Source: Rhizophagus irregularis (taxonomy: Eukaryota). From it: 64,000 nucleotides of DNA. The notes under the pieces were generated by a model. It was not told the DNA's origin, searched no databases, and was given only the letters and a program-made list of their open reading frames with translations. Below are positions 51,540 to 64,000 of the stretch, in pieces; within the stretch, counting starts at the first letter, position 1, and the number at the start of each line of letters is the position of its first letter. The position numbers and the translations under genes were made by a program. The DNA is taken from positions 3,720,001-3,784,000 of the forward strand of contig NC_089431.1 of the NCBI RefSeq assembly GCF_026210795.1, given 5' to 3'.

Positions 51540-52036
51540 TTAGTATTAATATAATAATTTTTATTAAATTGCAAAAGTCACTTTATTGAAATTTTTTAAT
51601 AATAAAAATTAATATTTTATTTTGATTAATGAAAATTAATGAATTATAATTGTATAATTACTCCAACTAATAAGATAAATTATATAATAAAATAATTAGA
51701 AGATTCCGAATGCAAATATCTCAAGATATATAACTCCAAATTTTGTAAAATAAAGATGATCGGATTCATCAAGTCCTAAGCTTTCTAACAAGCTAAAAAT
51801 CATAAAATTCTGATCACTGGATGCTGAGATAACTGAGATTAACTTTAAAAAAAATCTAATATTAAATGTGATATGATAAAATAGTGATCAACAAATGATC
51901 GGCAAATGATCGGCAAAATTGTGATAAAATAGGGATGTCCGCTATGCTACAATGGTCTTAGTATTTATATACAGTTTGTAACTATTACAATATTACACGT
52001 TTATTAATAACAAGAAAAAATCTTTAATAAAGATAA

Positions 52037-52479
52037 GGCGATATAAAGTTAAAAAATTGGTTCTCATATCAAAATTTGCTTCAATTTAACCCGGCCGCAC
52101 GGCCTTTTATTTTTTTTTTTAGAATAAAATTTTTTTTCATCCGATCATGTAATACGGAAAATTTCATATGTAACGTTTATATTAATATAACAATTCAATA
52201 AAAAGTCAGACAAATTTTATATATCAAGTTAATTACAAGTTTATTTCTCATGTTTAATTGTAGTTTTTTTAAAAAAATTTTTTTTATTGTTCGTTAAATG
52301 TTAGGCATTTACATAGCAGATAGTATTACGATATATCAGATATGCGTACAAATTTAATTTATCATGTGATATAGTTTAGAGCAATTTAATTGGTTAACAA
52401 AAAAAAAAAAAAAATTTAAGATTCCCGCTCTGGTGACCCGGCCGGGATATGAGAACCAATTTTTTAACTTTATGTCGCC
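52037..52479. mobile_element. PIF/Harbinger (Tourist-like) MITE
   Basis: 34-bp TIR ggcgatataaagttaaaaaattggttctcatatc; TAA TSD. Confidence 0.85.
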
Positions 52480-53406
52480 TAATAAAAACTTCTCAGCAGA
52501 TTAAAAAATGGTAATATACATTTAAAAGTACCAACCAAAGAAGACTGATACAAATCATCTAACAATAAAGTGAAAAAAATGCCTAATAGTCATAAAAAAA
52601 AGGTATTTTAAAAAAATATTTGAAACTTTGTAATATATTATTAAGTGCCAAACTGGTTAAGATACTATATTAATTTTGAATTATATACTATTTGATGTTT
52701 TGCTTATTTTCTTAACATCTATCATGTCTAAAAATTTGAAACTACTACTTTTAGATTCATCTTGGAGGGGTAATTTTAATGGGCTGCATATTGTCTTTCT
52801 GATCTTTCTATGATTATGGAACTGAACTGGCTCATTCTATTTGATATGTCTCAAGTCAGTCCATTCAATAATATCAATCCAGAACTGAAATAGACTGGGT
52901 GAATCGTTTTCCATTCCAAGTTCAGGAAGGAATGACTACAGTTTTTTCCGCACTTTTTGATAATTCTTCATATTTTTTGAGTGACTGCAATTTTTTACAT
53001 TTTCACACTAAACTGAAAATTGATTGGTTGATTAATGATAATATGATTCATTTTTTACTTTATATTAATTTCAGCCCAAATTTAGCGAATTTAAAGTAAA
53101 ATTAATAATTTTAGAAGTATTAAAGAAAACAAACAAATAAGGCGCATGAAAATGACAAAGCCATAATTCACATAAATTATAGCATTTCTTGCAAGATTCA
53201 TTAATGTAATTGTTTAATATGTTAATTGCAATCATTTCTTTAATTTACGTAACTTAAATTAGTTGATATCAAATACATTGAACTATATCGAAATTTTGGG
53301 CTTTCTTTATTCTAGATAACCAAAAAAATTTTTTATTACATTTTTTAAAATTCTCAAGCAAAATAAGTATATATTTGTCATCATTGCATAATGATAAAAA
53401 GCGATA

Positions 53407-55611
53407 TTAACAAAAGTCCTCGTTTACTTTAGCCACATTATACCAATACTTAGCCAATTCAATATTTTCTTCAGTTCCTTCACCATCTAAATATAAAATT
53501 GCAAGCTTTCTTTGTGCTTCAACATTTCCTCCTTCTGCAGCTATTTTATATAAGTCAAATGCTTTCTCTTTATTAACATCATATTGAATTCCATTACTAT
53601 AAAAATATCCAAGCTTATAATAAGCATCTATAAATCCTTGGTTGGCTGATTTTTCATAAAATTCAATTGCTCGCATTACATTTTTACAAATGCCTTTTCC
53701 TAATTCATGATATTCTCCTAATTTATACAATGCAAGTTTATTGTCATTTTCTGCAGATTTATGATACCAATAATTAACTTTACCCAAATAATCATCTATT
53801 TCATCCTCATTTTTACATAAAATATTTTCAACATTACTACTTTTACCAGTTGCCTCATTATATAATTCAAATCCTTTTTCTTTATTAATTTCAGTTCCAA
53901 TTCCATTTACATAGTAATATCCAAGTATAAAATTTGCTTCTAAATATCCATTTTTAGCTGATTTTTTATAATATTCAAATGCTTTACTTTCATCCTTCTT
54001 TACACCAAGTCCTAATTCATAGTATTCTCCCAAATTATATTGTGCTACTTCATCTCCATTATCTGCAGCTATTTTGAATAGCTCAAATGCTTTTGTTTTA
54101 TCTACTTTAGTTCCAAATCCCTGGTCATAACAATATCCAAGTTGAAATTGACCATCTAAATAACCTTGATCAGATGATTTTTTAAAATATTCAAAAGATT
54201 TGATTTCATCCTTATCAACTCCAAATCCATATTTATAGCATTCTCCAAGATTATATTGTGCTACTTTATTACCATTATTTGCTGCTTTATTATACCAATA
54301 AAATGCTTGTTTATTATCTTTTTTCGTACCTTTACCATACTCAAATAGTGATCCTAAATTATTTTGTGCAATATCATGCTCTTTTTCTGCTGCTATTTTA
54401 TACATTTCAAATGCTTTTGTTCTATTAATTTTAGTTCCAATTCCTTGGTCATAACATTTTCCAAGTTGAAATTGTGCATCTTCAAATTCTTGTTCAGCTG
54501 ATTTTTTATATAATTTAAAAGCTTTAATTTCATCTTTTTTTACTCCTTTTCCATTTTCATAACATTTACCTAAATTATATTGTGCAAATTTATTTCCATT
54601 TTCTACTGCTTTTTTATACCAATAAATGGATTCTTCTAAATCTTTTTTTACTCCAATTTCATTTTGATAACAATTACCTAATATATTTTGTGCTTGTGAA
54701 TATTCTTTAGCAGAGTTAAAATACCATTCAAAAGCTTTCTTATCATCTTTATTAATTCCTATTCCATTTTGGTAACAAATACCTAAATTATATTGTGCAT
54801 ATATATCTCCTTTACCAGCAGCTTTTAAATACCATTCAAACGCTTTTTTTTCATTTTTTTCTATTCCAATTCCATTTTGATAACAATAACCTAAATTATT
54901 CTGTGCATTTAAATTTTCTTCTTCTGCTGATTTCAGATAAAATTCAAATGCTTTTAATTCATCTTTCTTTCTTTCTATTCCATATTGACCATATTGATAA
55001 CAATAATAATTAAGCTTATTTAATTTTACTAACTCTTTCTTATTAAATATAATAGAACTTTTATCTAATAATTCAAAATATTTTTCCATAGTATTCAATT
55101 CATCTTTGCATAAATTTATTTTTAATCCATTAAAATATTCGAACTGATAATAAGACATTACATGTGCATATTCCAAAGTTTTAAATTCCTTTGAAATTGA
55201 ATATTTATTATATAAAATATCCTTATAATAATAGAATGATAATAAATATTTTGAAATAATGATATTAAGTAATTGATACATGGAAGTTAATTTTTTATCT
55301 TCATTTTATTCATATTTATTAATTGATAATAAATATAAATCAAAAGATTTATTTTTATCAATGGTATTATGTACTATACCAAATTCATAAAAAAATCCTA
55401 TCAAACTTGAAAACCAATTTTCATTTTCTTCCATTAATTTTAAAATTATTTCAGGATTTTTTTCATTATCAATTAGAAATTCTTGTATCCATTCTGATAA
55501 AATATTTTTATATTTAGTATAATTCTCCAAATTTATAATTTGACGGTAAAAATCTTTTAAAAAATTTTTTAAGAAATTCTCATCATCTTTTGTAATGTTA
55601 TTTGAAGACAT
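53407..55611 (-). CDS. Sel1-repeat protein with one in-frame premature stop at 55306-55308 (possible pseudogene)
   Basis: ORFs 55306-55701 and 53407-55281 share a frame; many divergent Sel1 repeats of the AQYNLGxCYxNGxGxxKDxxKAFxWY type. Confidence 0.8.
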
Positions 55612-57105
55612 TCTTGAAAGGAAAATTTCTATGTAAATATTAAAATTAAAATTGGTAATTGTATTTATATCAGTATTCGGTACTACAGTGAATACGGTCA
55701 CACCTTGTCAATACGGTTGGATGATTAAATTATGTATGGTTTCATAAATTACGCCAAAAACTTTGTACACCCTTTTCGACCCCCTTCATATTACCCGGAA
55801 AGGACGATCATTAACGATTAGAATTTACAATTTTGATATTCTTTAAATAACAATTAGTTCTAACTTATTAGGCTATAACTTTGTGTTTCAGAAATTTAAT
55901 GTATTTAGGAATGAGTATATTTAAAAGAAAAACATTATATTTTTTTAATAATCGTAAGGTCGATTTTTTTTTCATTATAAATTCTGTTAATAAAAATTAT
56001 TACTCTAAATTCAAATATTTAAATCATTACAAAAATGAATTAAATATACTTTTAATTAATAAAAATAATAAACATTTCTTCTAATGTGATTTGGTGAAAA
56101 ATAGTTTGTCCTAATAAGATTTGTATTTTGTCGTATGTTTAAACAATTCAAGTAATGTTTCATAGTTATTAAAATTGTTTCATATCAAATATACTACGGT
56201 AAGATATATCAACATGTATTACTAATTTAATTTATATCAGATATAGTTTAATTTAAAATATTTTTTTTTTCATATAATGTTCAACTAAAATTAAAATTAA
56301 AATTTATCAAACTATTTTAAATATTTTATAAAAAAAGAATTATTTAAATTTCAAACATAACTATTCACTATACGTTCAGTTCAAGTCTTTGATGTTTAAA
56401 TAATTCAAATAAATTTTGCTCTAAATATGACGATTATCTCGTCCTGCACCTCAAACCATTATCTTAAAGAATTTTAAGATTGCATAAGAATCGTAGGATT
56501 CTCAAATTCATCATGTTTTTTCCTATATACATATAACATTTTGATCTTTATCTTATTTATTTTTTTGTCTAATATATTAAGCTTTATTACATAGTACCTC
56601 AGTAACTCAGTATCATTAAAATTTTAAACTTTTCACTTAATTCATAAAAAGTAAAAAAAATTAAAACCAAAACGTGATATTAAAAAATTAACTAATTTAT
56701 TTAAAAAATAATTTATATTTTTACCCTTTTTTTTTTACTTTTTGATTTTCTTGATTAATTATTATATCATCTACTTATAAGATCGACTACTATAATTATT
56801 AGCTGAATGAATATTTTAATATTTCTTTAAAAAAAGTCTTTATTAGTTTTCTAATTTTTCATAATCTTATAGCCAATTTTTGAATTTCAAAAAAAAATAT
56901 ATATATATATAAATCGATTAATTACTGATCATTTCTTCTTCTTAAAATCTTTTGGAATTTTAACTTATTATTATACAATAATCGCAAATTAAAGTTACAA
57001 AATTCATGATTAGAGTTTCTGAGTTAAGAAGTTTATATAGAGAAGAGTTCCCTATAAATATAAGAAGTTACTTGCATTACTTGCATAAGTGAGAGCTCTT
57101 AACTT

Positions 57106-57300
57106 TTAATGTTCCCAGACTTGAGTTTCATTCATTTGGAGATAATAAACGAGATCAGAATTAAGGAGAGTTTGTAATATCATAATAACTTGCAGACAGC
57201 AAATCTGTACAATATTTTGTAGTTCCAAGAAAGAAATGTTCTCGAAATTAGTTTGAAAATTTATTCTACTCAAAGTTAATTTAATGATATCTCGTAAATA
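57106..57300 (-). pseudogene. BACK-domain remnant
   Basis: FQTNFENISFLELQ and LQMNETQVWEH match the paralogues. Confidence 0.6.
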
Positions 57301-58448
57301 ATAAATCATAATCATCACTAATTTTTTCTCATTCCCTCTCTCCAAAAAAAAATGAGAAATTAGCTTTTGTTACTATATGTGTCAGTATATTCTCTGGTTA
57401 ATACTACTTTTTTGGGTTATCAAAGTTAATTTAGGGTTGATTCAAATTTGTAAGTTACAGAAAAAGATAAATTTTTAATTTTTTAAGATAATAATAAATC
57501 AGTCAAATTCGACATCATACCTCCATATGTATTTCTCCCTTTAAACACAATCATTACATTTTTGTTTAATTTATCAACCAATCGTGTTTTTTAGAATTAT
57601 GAATAATTATTCTATAGAATGTTCAAATTTTGTACAAAGGACATTCTACTGTACTGCATCAGACGATTTTGTGGTAGCCCATGCAATTTCCTTCCTTTCG
57701 CCCGCTGACGTTACCTCATATATTGCCCTTGCTTTGATTATACCTCCTTTTTTTTTACTAATGATTTCGTAAAATTGCTTACTTTATTACCTGTTATTAT
57801 AAAAATTGCTATTTTTCGTAATTAATTTTTTGTTTGTTATGTTTTAATAAAAAAAAGATACTGAGTAAATAAACGTGACGGACTTTAATGGTTTTCGTTT
57901 CTCTAGTATAATTTCTTTGATCATTTGATCTTGGAAGGAGACTCTTATGCGTACACTTTATAATATCATATTAAAGAATTTGAATCACTATCATATAAAT
58001 ACCGCATTCTGTTAACTAATGTTATATTATCACGTGATAGAGAGTAACTACACATGATCGTAATTCATTTTTAAGTTTAAAATTGATGTTTACCGATTTT
58101 GAAATGGTTAAAATGGTTGAAAACCGGAGTGATATTATATTGCTCAAGTTCTGTCTGTATTTAAAAATAGGAATGCAAGCATTTGATTAATAATAGTGAA
58201 AATGAAAATTAGTTAATAAAGTCGTATTCACGATTTAATCTCAATCCTTGATCAATTCTTTTTACAAAAAAAAAATAAATAAATAAATAAGATGAAAGGG
58301 ATTTAAGATACACGTAGTAAATTTAAATTGTAACCTTTTTTTAAAAATCCTTTTATTAATTTAAAGTTCTTATTACAAAATGAAGATTTTCCTGATTTTC
58401 AATTCAATTTTTTTCTTTCATAAGTACATTTTTTTTTAAAAAAGAAAA

Positions 58449-60950
58449 ATGAATAATAAATAATCTATTATTGAAATTTTGGATAATAATGATAATTAAT
58501 GTGATATTATTATTGAAGTCGGAAATAACTCTTACGTAAAAATATTTTGTGCACATTTCGTTCTTCTTATTTTTCAAAGAATTTTTGTCTATTAATAAAA
58601 AGGTACAAATTAAGTCACTAAAAATTTCACTTGAAGGTAGAAAATATTAACATAAATTTAACAATTTTGTTATTCATATGAATATATTGAATTTATGTCT
58701 TTTTTAATTCGTGAACGATTATTATTATAATGGGAAAAGATTAGGATAATTTAATGACAATTTAAATCTCATTAAATCCAGTAAACTGAACCTTTAGAGT
58801 TGGTTACCCATACACAACCTTTTTTGATTAATTATGATCGAACTAGTATTACTATACATTATTACGAACAAAACAATTAGATAATAATTGTTCATAACTT
58901 TCATTTGGACAATGTGAGTTCTTTTTTATTATTAAAAAAATTTTAGGGTGAAAATTAAATTTGGCGTGCATTTTATTTTTATCGTGAGTCAGTATACGTC
59001 TTTTATATTAAAATGCTTAGAAAAAAATGTTTGCGACAATTTTATCAAAATAAAATTTGTCACCTTTGAGCTGGGGTAGTTGTAATAATCTTCTGCGTAT
59101 GATTGCGTATGAAGCTTCAGAACGAAAATGAATTGGGTGGTCCATTCTTTTTTCAGTTCGTCTAGAATTAAGGCTTAAAACAATTCTGATCAATTATATT
59201 ATATAATTCTAGCTCGAATTATACATGTAGCCGAAATATTTCAGCTATTTCGGCTTTGGTTATGTTAATCCATGTCTAAAGAACCTGTGCAACACTCGAC
59301 TTACCTGTAGAAATTGTGACAGACTCTGGAATTATTGTCATCCTGTATTTAATAAAATATCGATATGGTCGATGTTTCAAAGACTGGCCGAAATTGTTGT
59401 ATATTTGCCCGAATCTTACTAAATTCTGCTAAAAATTCTGGTTCAAATTATCCGAGTTCTAAAAAAAAATTATTGGAGATCTATGAGTAGCTTTGCTTTG
59501 GGGCAGTGCAGCTGAAATTGGAAAAAATTTTCGGCCACATGTATAGCCCGAATTATGTCTATAATTGATTTATCCATTTGGTGATGTATTATTCAATCAA
59601 ATCATTACGTGATGCTTGATACGTTAAATAAGATATTATAATACAGGTAAAGTAATGAAGTATTTATTAATTTGTCTGGTAAGAAAGTAAGTAAAGTGTT
59701 TTTTTTTTATAAAACAGTAATTATATGATTTCCTACGAAGAAAATTTGTTATTGAGATCTTGGCTGATGCCAATTAATTTAATCAGTTATTAGTTATCAT
59801 CTATTTTGATTGGGTATAATGATGTTAACTGTTAATTCATTTTGAGAGAAATCTAGCATGAATATTGGGTAGAAACATGTTCTTAAATGGAAATTGCTCA
59901 AAATTTAGTTAGTTCTTCTGATCTTTGCATTAAACTTTGTGACTAAAAATTTATTCATCGTGGATAATTTGAGTTTTTCAATACTAATTTTAACCTGAAG
60001 TATGAATTTTGAGCGATTAATCAATCAACATACTAACTATTTTGATCGGTTACATCACGATTTCCCAACATCCATTTTCCGACGATATTATTAAGATCTT
60101 GATTGCTGCTAATGAGCTTGATATCATATTTATGAATTAGTTAACTATTTTACAACTTTGTATAATTGAAAATCATAAAAATTGGATGGAACAAAAATTT
60201 GATCTCGTATATCAAACAAATTTTGAACATTCCTTTTTGGAAACTTAAAAAATATTGTATTGACTTACTAATTTAATAACTTTTAGTTCCAATTATTCGA
60301 AATAATCTAAAAATTAGGTTTGAAAATATGCGATATAATGGTGATTCCGCAACCTTTTCAAAAAATGAATTAATGTATTAAAGAATACTTTACAAACAAT
60401 TCTTTACATTCCTTTTATTAAGTTTCATAATGTAACTTCTAAGGAATTTTCTGATATAGTATACCCTTATAAGTAAGTCTTACCAAAGGAATTATATAGG
60501 AATTTATCGAAAATTTTTTTTAATTCATATCTGATAGCAAACCATGTGATAAATCAAAAATGCAAAATATCGATTCAAAATTAATACATTCAGCATTCTG
60601 CATTAATCTCAAATTGGATTGATAAATTAAATATTACAGATGAGTCAATATCTTTTATATCGTGGATCTCGGGATGTATTTGAATTTAATATATTTCATA
60701 AGATTTGTGATAATCGATCTCGCACTATAACAATTATTAAAAATGAAGGTAATAACTAATTCTTGGAGGATATAATCCAATTAAATGGATATCTGATTTT
60801 GGTTATGATGATACTAAAGACAGTTATATACATATTCTCCTTTAAGAAGGGTGATATTAACAAACATATTTTAAATAATGTATGAATAAAATTGGCCATA
60901 CTTGTATCCAATAATTTGATGAAGTTAAGCTTTTATTTTGCAAAGGATAG
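58449..60950 (+). pseudogene. Decayed BTB-BACK-TLDc gene interrupted by insertions
   Basis: Exon-1 remains at 58449-58640 (gatattattattgaagtcggaaataactcttacgtaaaaata); BACK/TLDc remains at 60080-60950 (cttggaggatataatcca). Confidence 0.75.
59220..59545. mobile_element. hAT-like MITE
   Basis: TIR tatacatgtagccgaaa / tttcggccacatgtata; flanks gctcgaat / gcccgaat. Confidence 0.7.
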
Positions 60951-61283
60951 TAGTAAAATAAAGTTAACAATAAAAATAACAATAACAATAGCCAAGAAGA
61001 AATTAATGAAAATGGAATTGAAGAAGAAACCGGAAGGGGAGTAATGGATTTTAGAGTTGTAGATTTGTCAAAGGAGTTTAATGATAAACAATTGAATGAT
61101 GAAAATTATGAAAATGAATATGATGAATAAATGAAATAACGGCAAATAGTAATATAATAGGTTATATGGTAATATTAATAATAATAATTAATAGTGTAGA
61201 CACTAGACATATAGTTAATAACTGAATAACATTTATTATTGTGAATTGTGAATGTAGTTAAATAATAATAATAATAACTAATA

Positions 61284-62196
61284 CAGAGGGCGATCAAAAT
61301 TATCCGGCCAGTTTATTTTGCTAAAATTTTGTAGATCATGATGTGTTAATGTAATATAAATAAATATAATTTTGTATTTATAATCACAATAAACAAATTC
61401 CCATGCTTCATACTTTTCGAAAATATGATATCACCTATTGTATAAATTTTATAAATTTTACAATTTTGTGTAAACAAACTTAAAAATCTTAAAAATATCA
61501 TAATTCCGCCAATATTGGTCTGATAGACCTGTGCTTACCACCATTCGAATCGTCTCAATGAAACGGATCAAAAGAGCTATAAATCGTAAAATTTCAATCA
61601 CAGGATCAGAAAATATCGTAGGTGACATTTAGGCTTTTAGAGCGTAATCATGTGATGAATATCGATCTTACAAATATTAAATTATTACCATTCAAATCCT
61701 CTCAGTGAGACGAATCTGATAAACCCAAAATTACAATATTTCAATCACTATATCTCGAAATATCCTTAACATACAATTTTAAATTTTAAAATTCGTGAAT
61801 TTCGCAAACTCGAAAAATTTCATAATTTACATATATAGTATTACACTTGAATAATACCTGTAATTAATATGCAATATTATGGTATAATACTTTTTCAACA
61901 TTATGCTTGCATACCTTATTAAATTTTCTGATAAAACTACTTGAAAAGTACTATGTTAAAGATGCATTAAAAGGTATTACTCCAGAATATTATAAAAAAT
62001 TTATCAATGGCATAACTAATTGAATTGGGAAGTTATTTTTGCAAATGGAGATAGAATTTATTATTAAAATTTTATCTAAATTAGTAAACAAAGACATAAT
62101 GAATTTGTTTAACTTTAAATTTTTATTATTGCTATATAATATATATATAAGTTTTTCCAACTTGAAAAGTGGCCGGATAATTCTGATCGCCCTCTG
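61284..62196 (+). mobile_element. Internally deleted Tc1/mariner element
   Basis: About 27-bp TIR cagagggcgatcaaaattatccggcca; TA TSD; remnant at about 61960-62060 (KDALKGITPEYYKKFINGITN...ANGDRI) resembles a Tc1 transposase C-terminus. Confidence 0.8.
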
Positions 62197-63159
62197 TAAG
62201 TAATAACTAATAAATAATTACATACATTTATGTTGGCTTATTGCAAATTTAATTTTTTCGTACATGATTTTATTTTATAAATTTATATAAAAAAAATTTT
62301 TGCCAATTTCGTCATTTCAGCATGTTGAAAATAATTTTGTACAGTTATAATATTTTGTCAATTTCATCGGGATAGCAGTTTTGACAAGAATGGTCTATAG
62401 CAGTAGGTGGGTTTATATTTAAAAGATGTTGAGCGGTATGGCGAGTAGTTAACTGTAATTGTTATTTGAATTGGTCTTGTATGGTCATAAATCTCTTATG
62501 ACCTGGCAGGAATCACCACTTTGTTAACAGGTCTGTCTCAGACTCTGTCAACTATAACTAAACATTAGGGAGACAATAGCTATAACATAGTTTATATCAG
62601 CAAGACATGCAAAAACACAATACACAAAAATATAACACAATCACAGTTCGTTTTTAATATAAGTTAATCTCTAACTTATACTATCTAAACTTAACACACT
62701 TCGATCTAAGAATGAAAACCCAAAGATTCGTAAGTACGGATCTTTAATTTTTTTTTTATTTTTATTATTACAAATGGTTTACTAACCATTCTTTCTTTTT
62801 TTTATAGGTTCAGATGGGCTTCCAAGAATTGGAAAAAGGAGAACTAAGGTTCATTATGAACCTTGGATTTTTTTTTAATATTATGAACGGCTCTATTTCT
62901 ACCTTTGACTCAAGAAAAATCAAAAGATATTTATATAAAAATAAAATATAAGAAAAATAATATAACTAAAATAAATAAAATAAATATAATAAATAAAAGA
63001 AATAATATAAATAATAAAAATAATATAAATAATATAAATAACAAAAATAATAATTGTAACGTTAATCAGATCTACAAAATTATTTGATTACATAATAATT
63101 GATCTACTAATTAATCAACTGATTTTTGAGTTACGTGATTTTTACTCTTCATTATCACC

Positions 63160-63445
63160 AGTTTGACTGACCGTTTGACCAACCGTTTAACCAACCATTT
63201 AACCGATTATTTAGCCAAATATATTCACTTAACACTTTTTTTACGAACTTAATTAATAAAAAAAGTTAATTAACATTTTTTTTTGATTAAATTATACTTT
63301 TAAACATTTTTTCTTTGTTAAAATAATAAAAAAGTGATCAGTTAAATGGTCGGTTAAACAGTCAGAAAAATGGTCAGCCAAAATGGTCAGTCGGTCAAAG
63401 GCCTTAACCGGTTATGACCAACTGCTAACTGACCATGACTGACTG
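63160..63445. repeat. tgacc/ggtca microrepeat arrays in inverted orientation, probable transposon subterminal region
   Basis: Clusters at 63160-63215 and 63335-63445 face each other. Confidence 0.5.
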
Positions 63446-64000
63446 TTGCCATTCCTATTTACAACACACTGAATACAAGCAATATAATTATTTTTATTAA
63501 TAATTTAAGATCATACATAAAATGCAGTACATAGCTAACTGTGTAAGAAAATACCAAAGACTTTACCTCATTATAAGAGATAAATACTATATCTTGTTAT
63601 TTTTTAACCAACTGATTATGATTAGGTGAACCAGGATTTCCTTGCATATAGACAATTCAAAAGTCTGGTACAATAGTAGTACAACTGGTAAACCATTTTT
63701 GAAAATATTAAATTTGCCATTTATAAGCATAACTGCATGCTGAGTTGCTGACCACCAAATACTGTATCCAGATATATTTCTATTTGATTTTTTAAATCAT
63801 GGCCATCTTTATAATAGCATTTAAAGGCTTTTGAAATATTTGCGAATCCTTTGTTATATTATATGAAAGAGCTGATGGATACTTGGATAAATATGTAACC
63901 AATTATGAAATCAAACTGAGGGTAACATTTATAATCACAAATTAAGAACTTTGAATGTTGTGAATTAGATGTGAGTTGGTCCTTATCAAGAAGGATGAAA

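Larger units (their letters stand above)
47396..51948 (+). mobile_element. Full-length TIR DNA transposon (4553 bp)
   Basis: Perfect 14-bp TIR agcatagcggacat extending imperfectly to about 50 bp; perfect 9-bp flanking repeat acaatggtc (47387-47395, 51949-51957); one long ORF inside. Confidence 0.9.

Noticed and set aside
60960..61130. Asn/Glu-rich coding-like stretch
   Set aside because: Short, low complexity, no start or domain
62905..63087. 60-aa Asn/Lys/Ile ORF
   Set aside because: AAT-type microsatellite
63540..64000. Possible decayed coding sequence at the window end
   Set aside because: No recognisable motif in any frame

Overview
Very AT-rich, intron-containing eukaryotic DNA. The expanded BTB-BACK(-TLDc), Sel1-repeat, tyrosine-kinase-like and F-box families suggest an arbuscular mycorrhizal fungus (Glomeromycotina, Rhizophagus-like); this is an inference. 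The window is dominated by a birth-and-death cluster of BTB/POZ-BACK genes: four apparently complete, one cut by the window edge, and several pseudogenes. Their C-termini differ and carry modules typical of the autophagy receptor NBR1: FW (four-tryptophan) domains, one with an NZF-type zinc finger inserted into it; ZZ zinc fingers inserted inside a TLDc domain; and a Ser/Trp tandem-repeat tail with W-x-x-V/I motifs. Also present: an 18x Sel1-repeat kinase with near-identical repeats, an F-box-like gene, a second Sel1 gene with one nonsense codon, many MITEs (Tc1/pogo-, hAT-, Harbinger- and Mutator-like), and an intact 4.55-kb TIR transposon with a 9-bp TSD encoding a 1054-aa DDE-like protein with a C-terminal RING-like finger. 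Exon structures were derived by hand from GT-AG sites and reading-frame continuity. Domain names come from motif recognition, not database searches.
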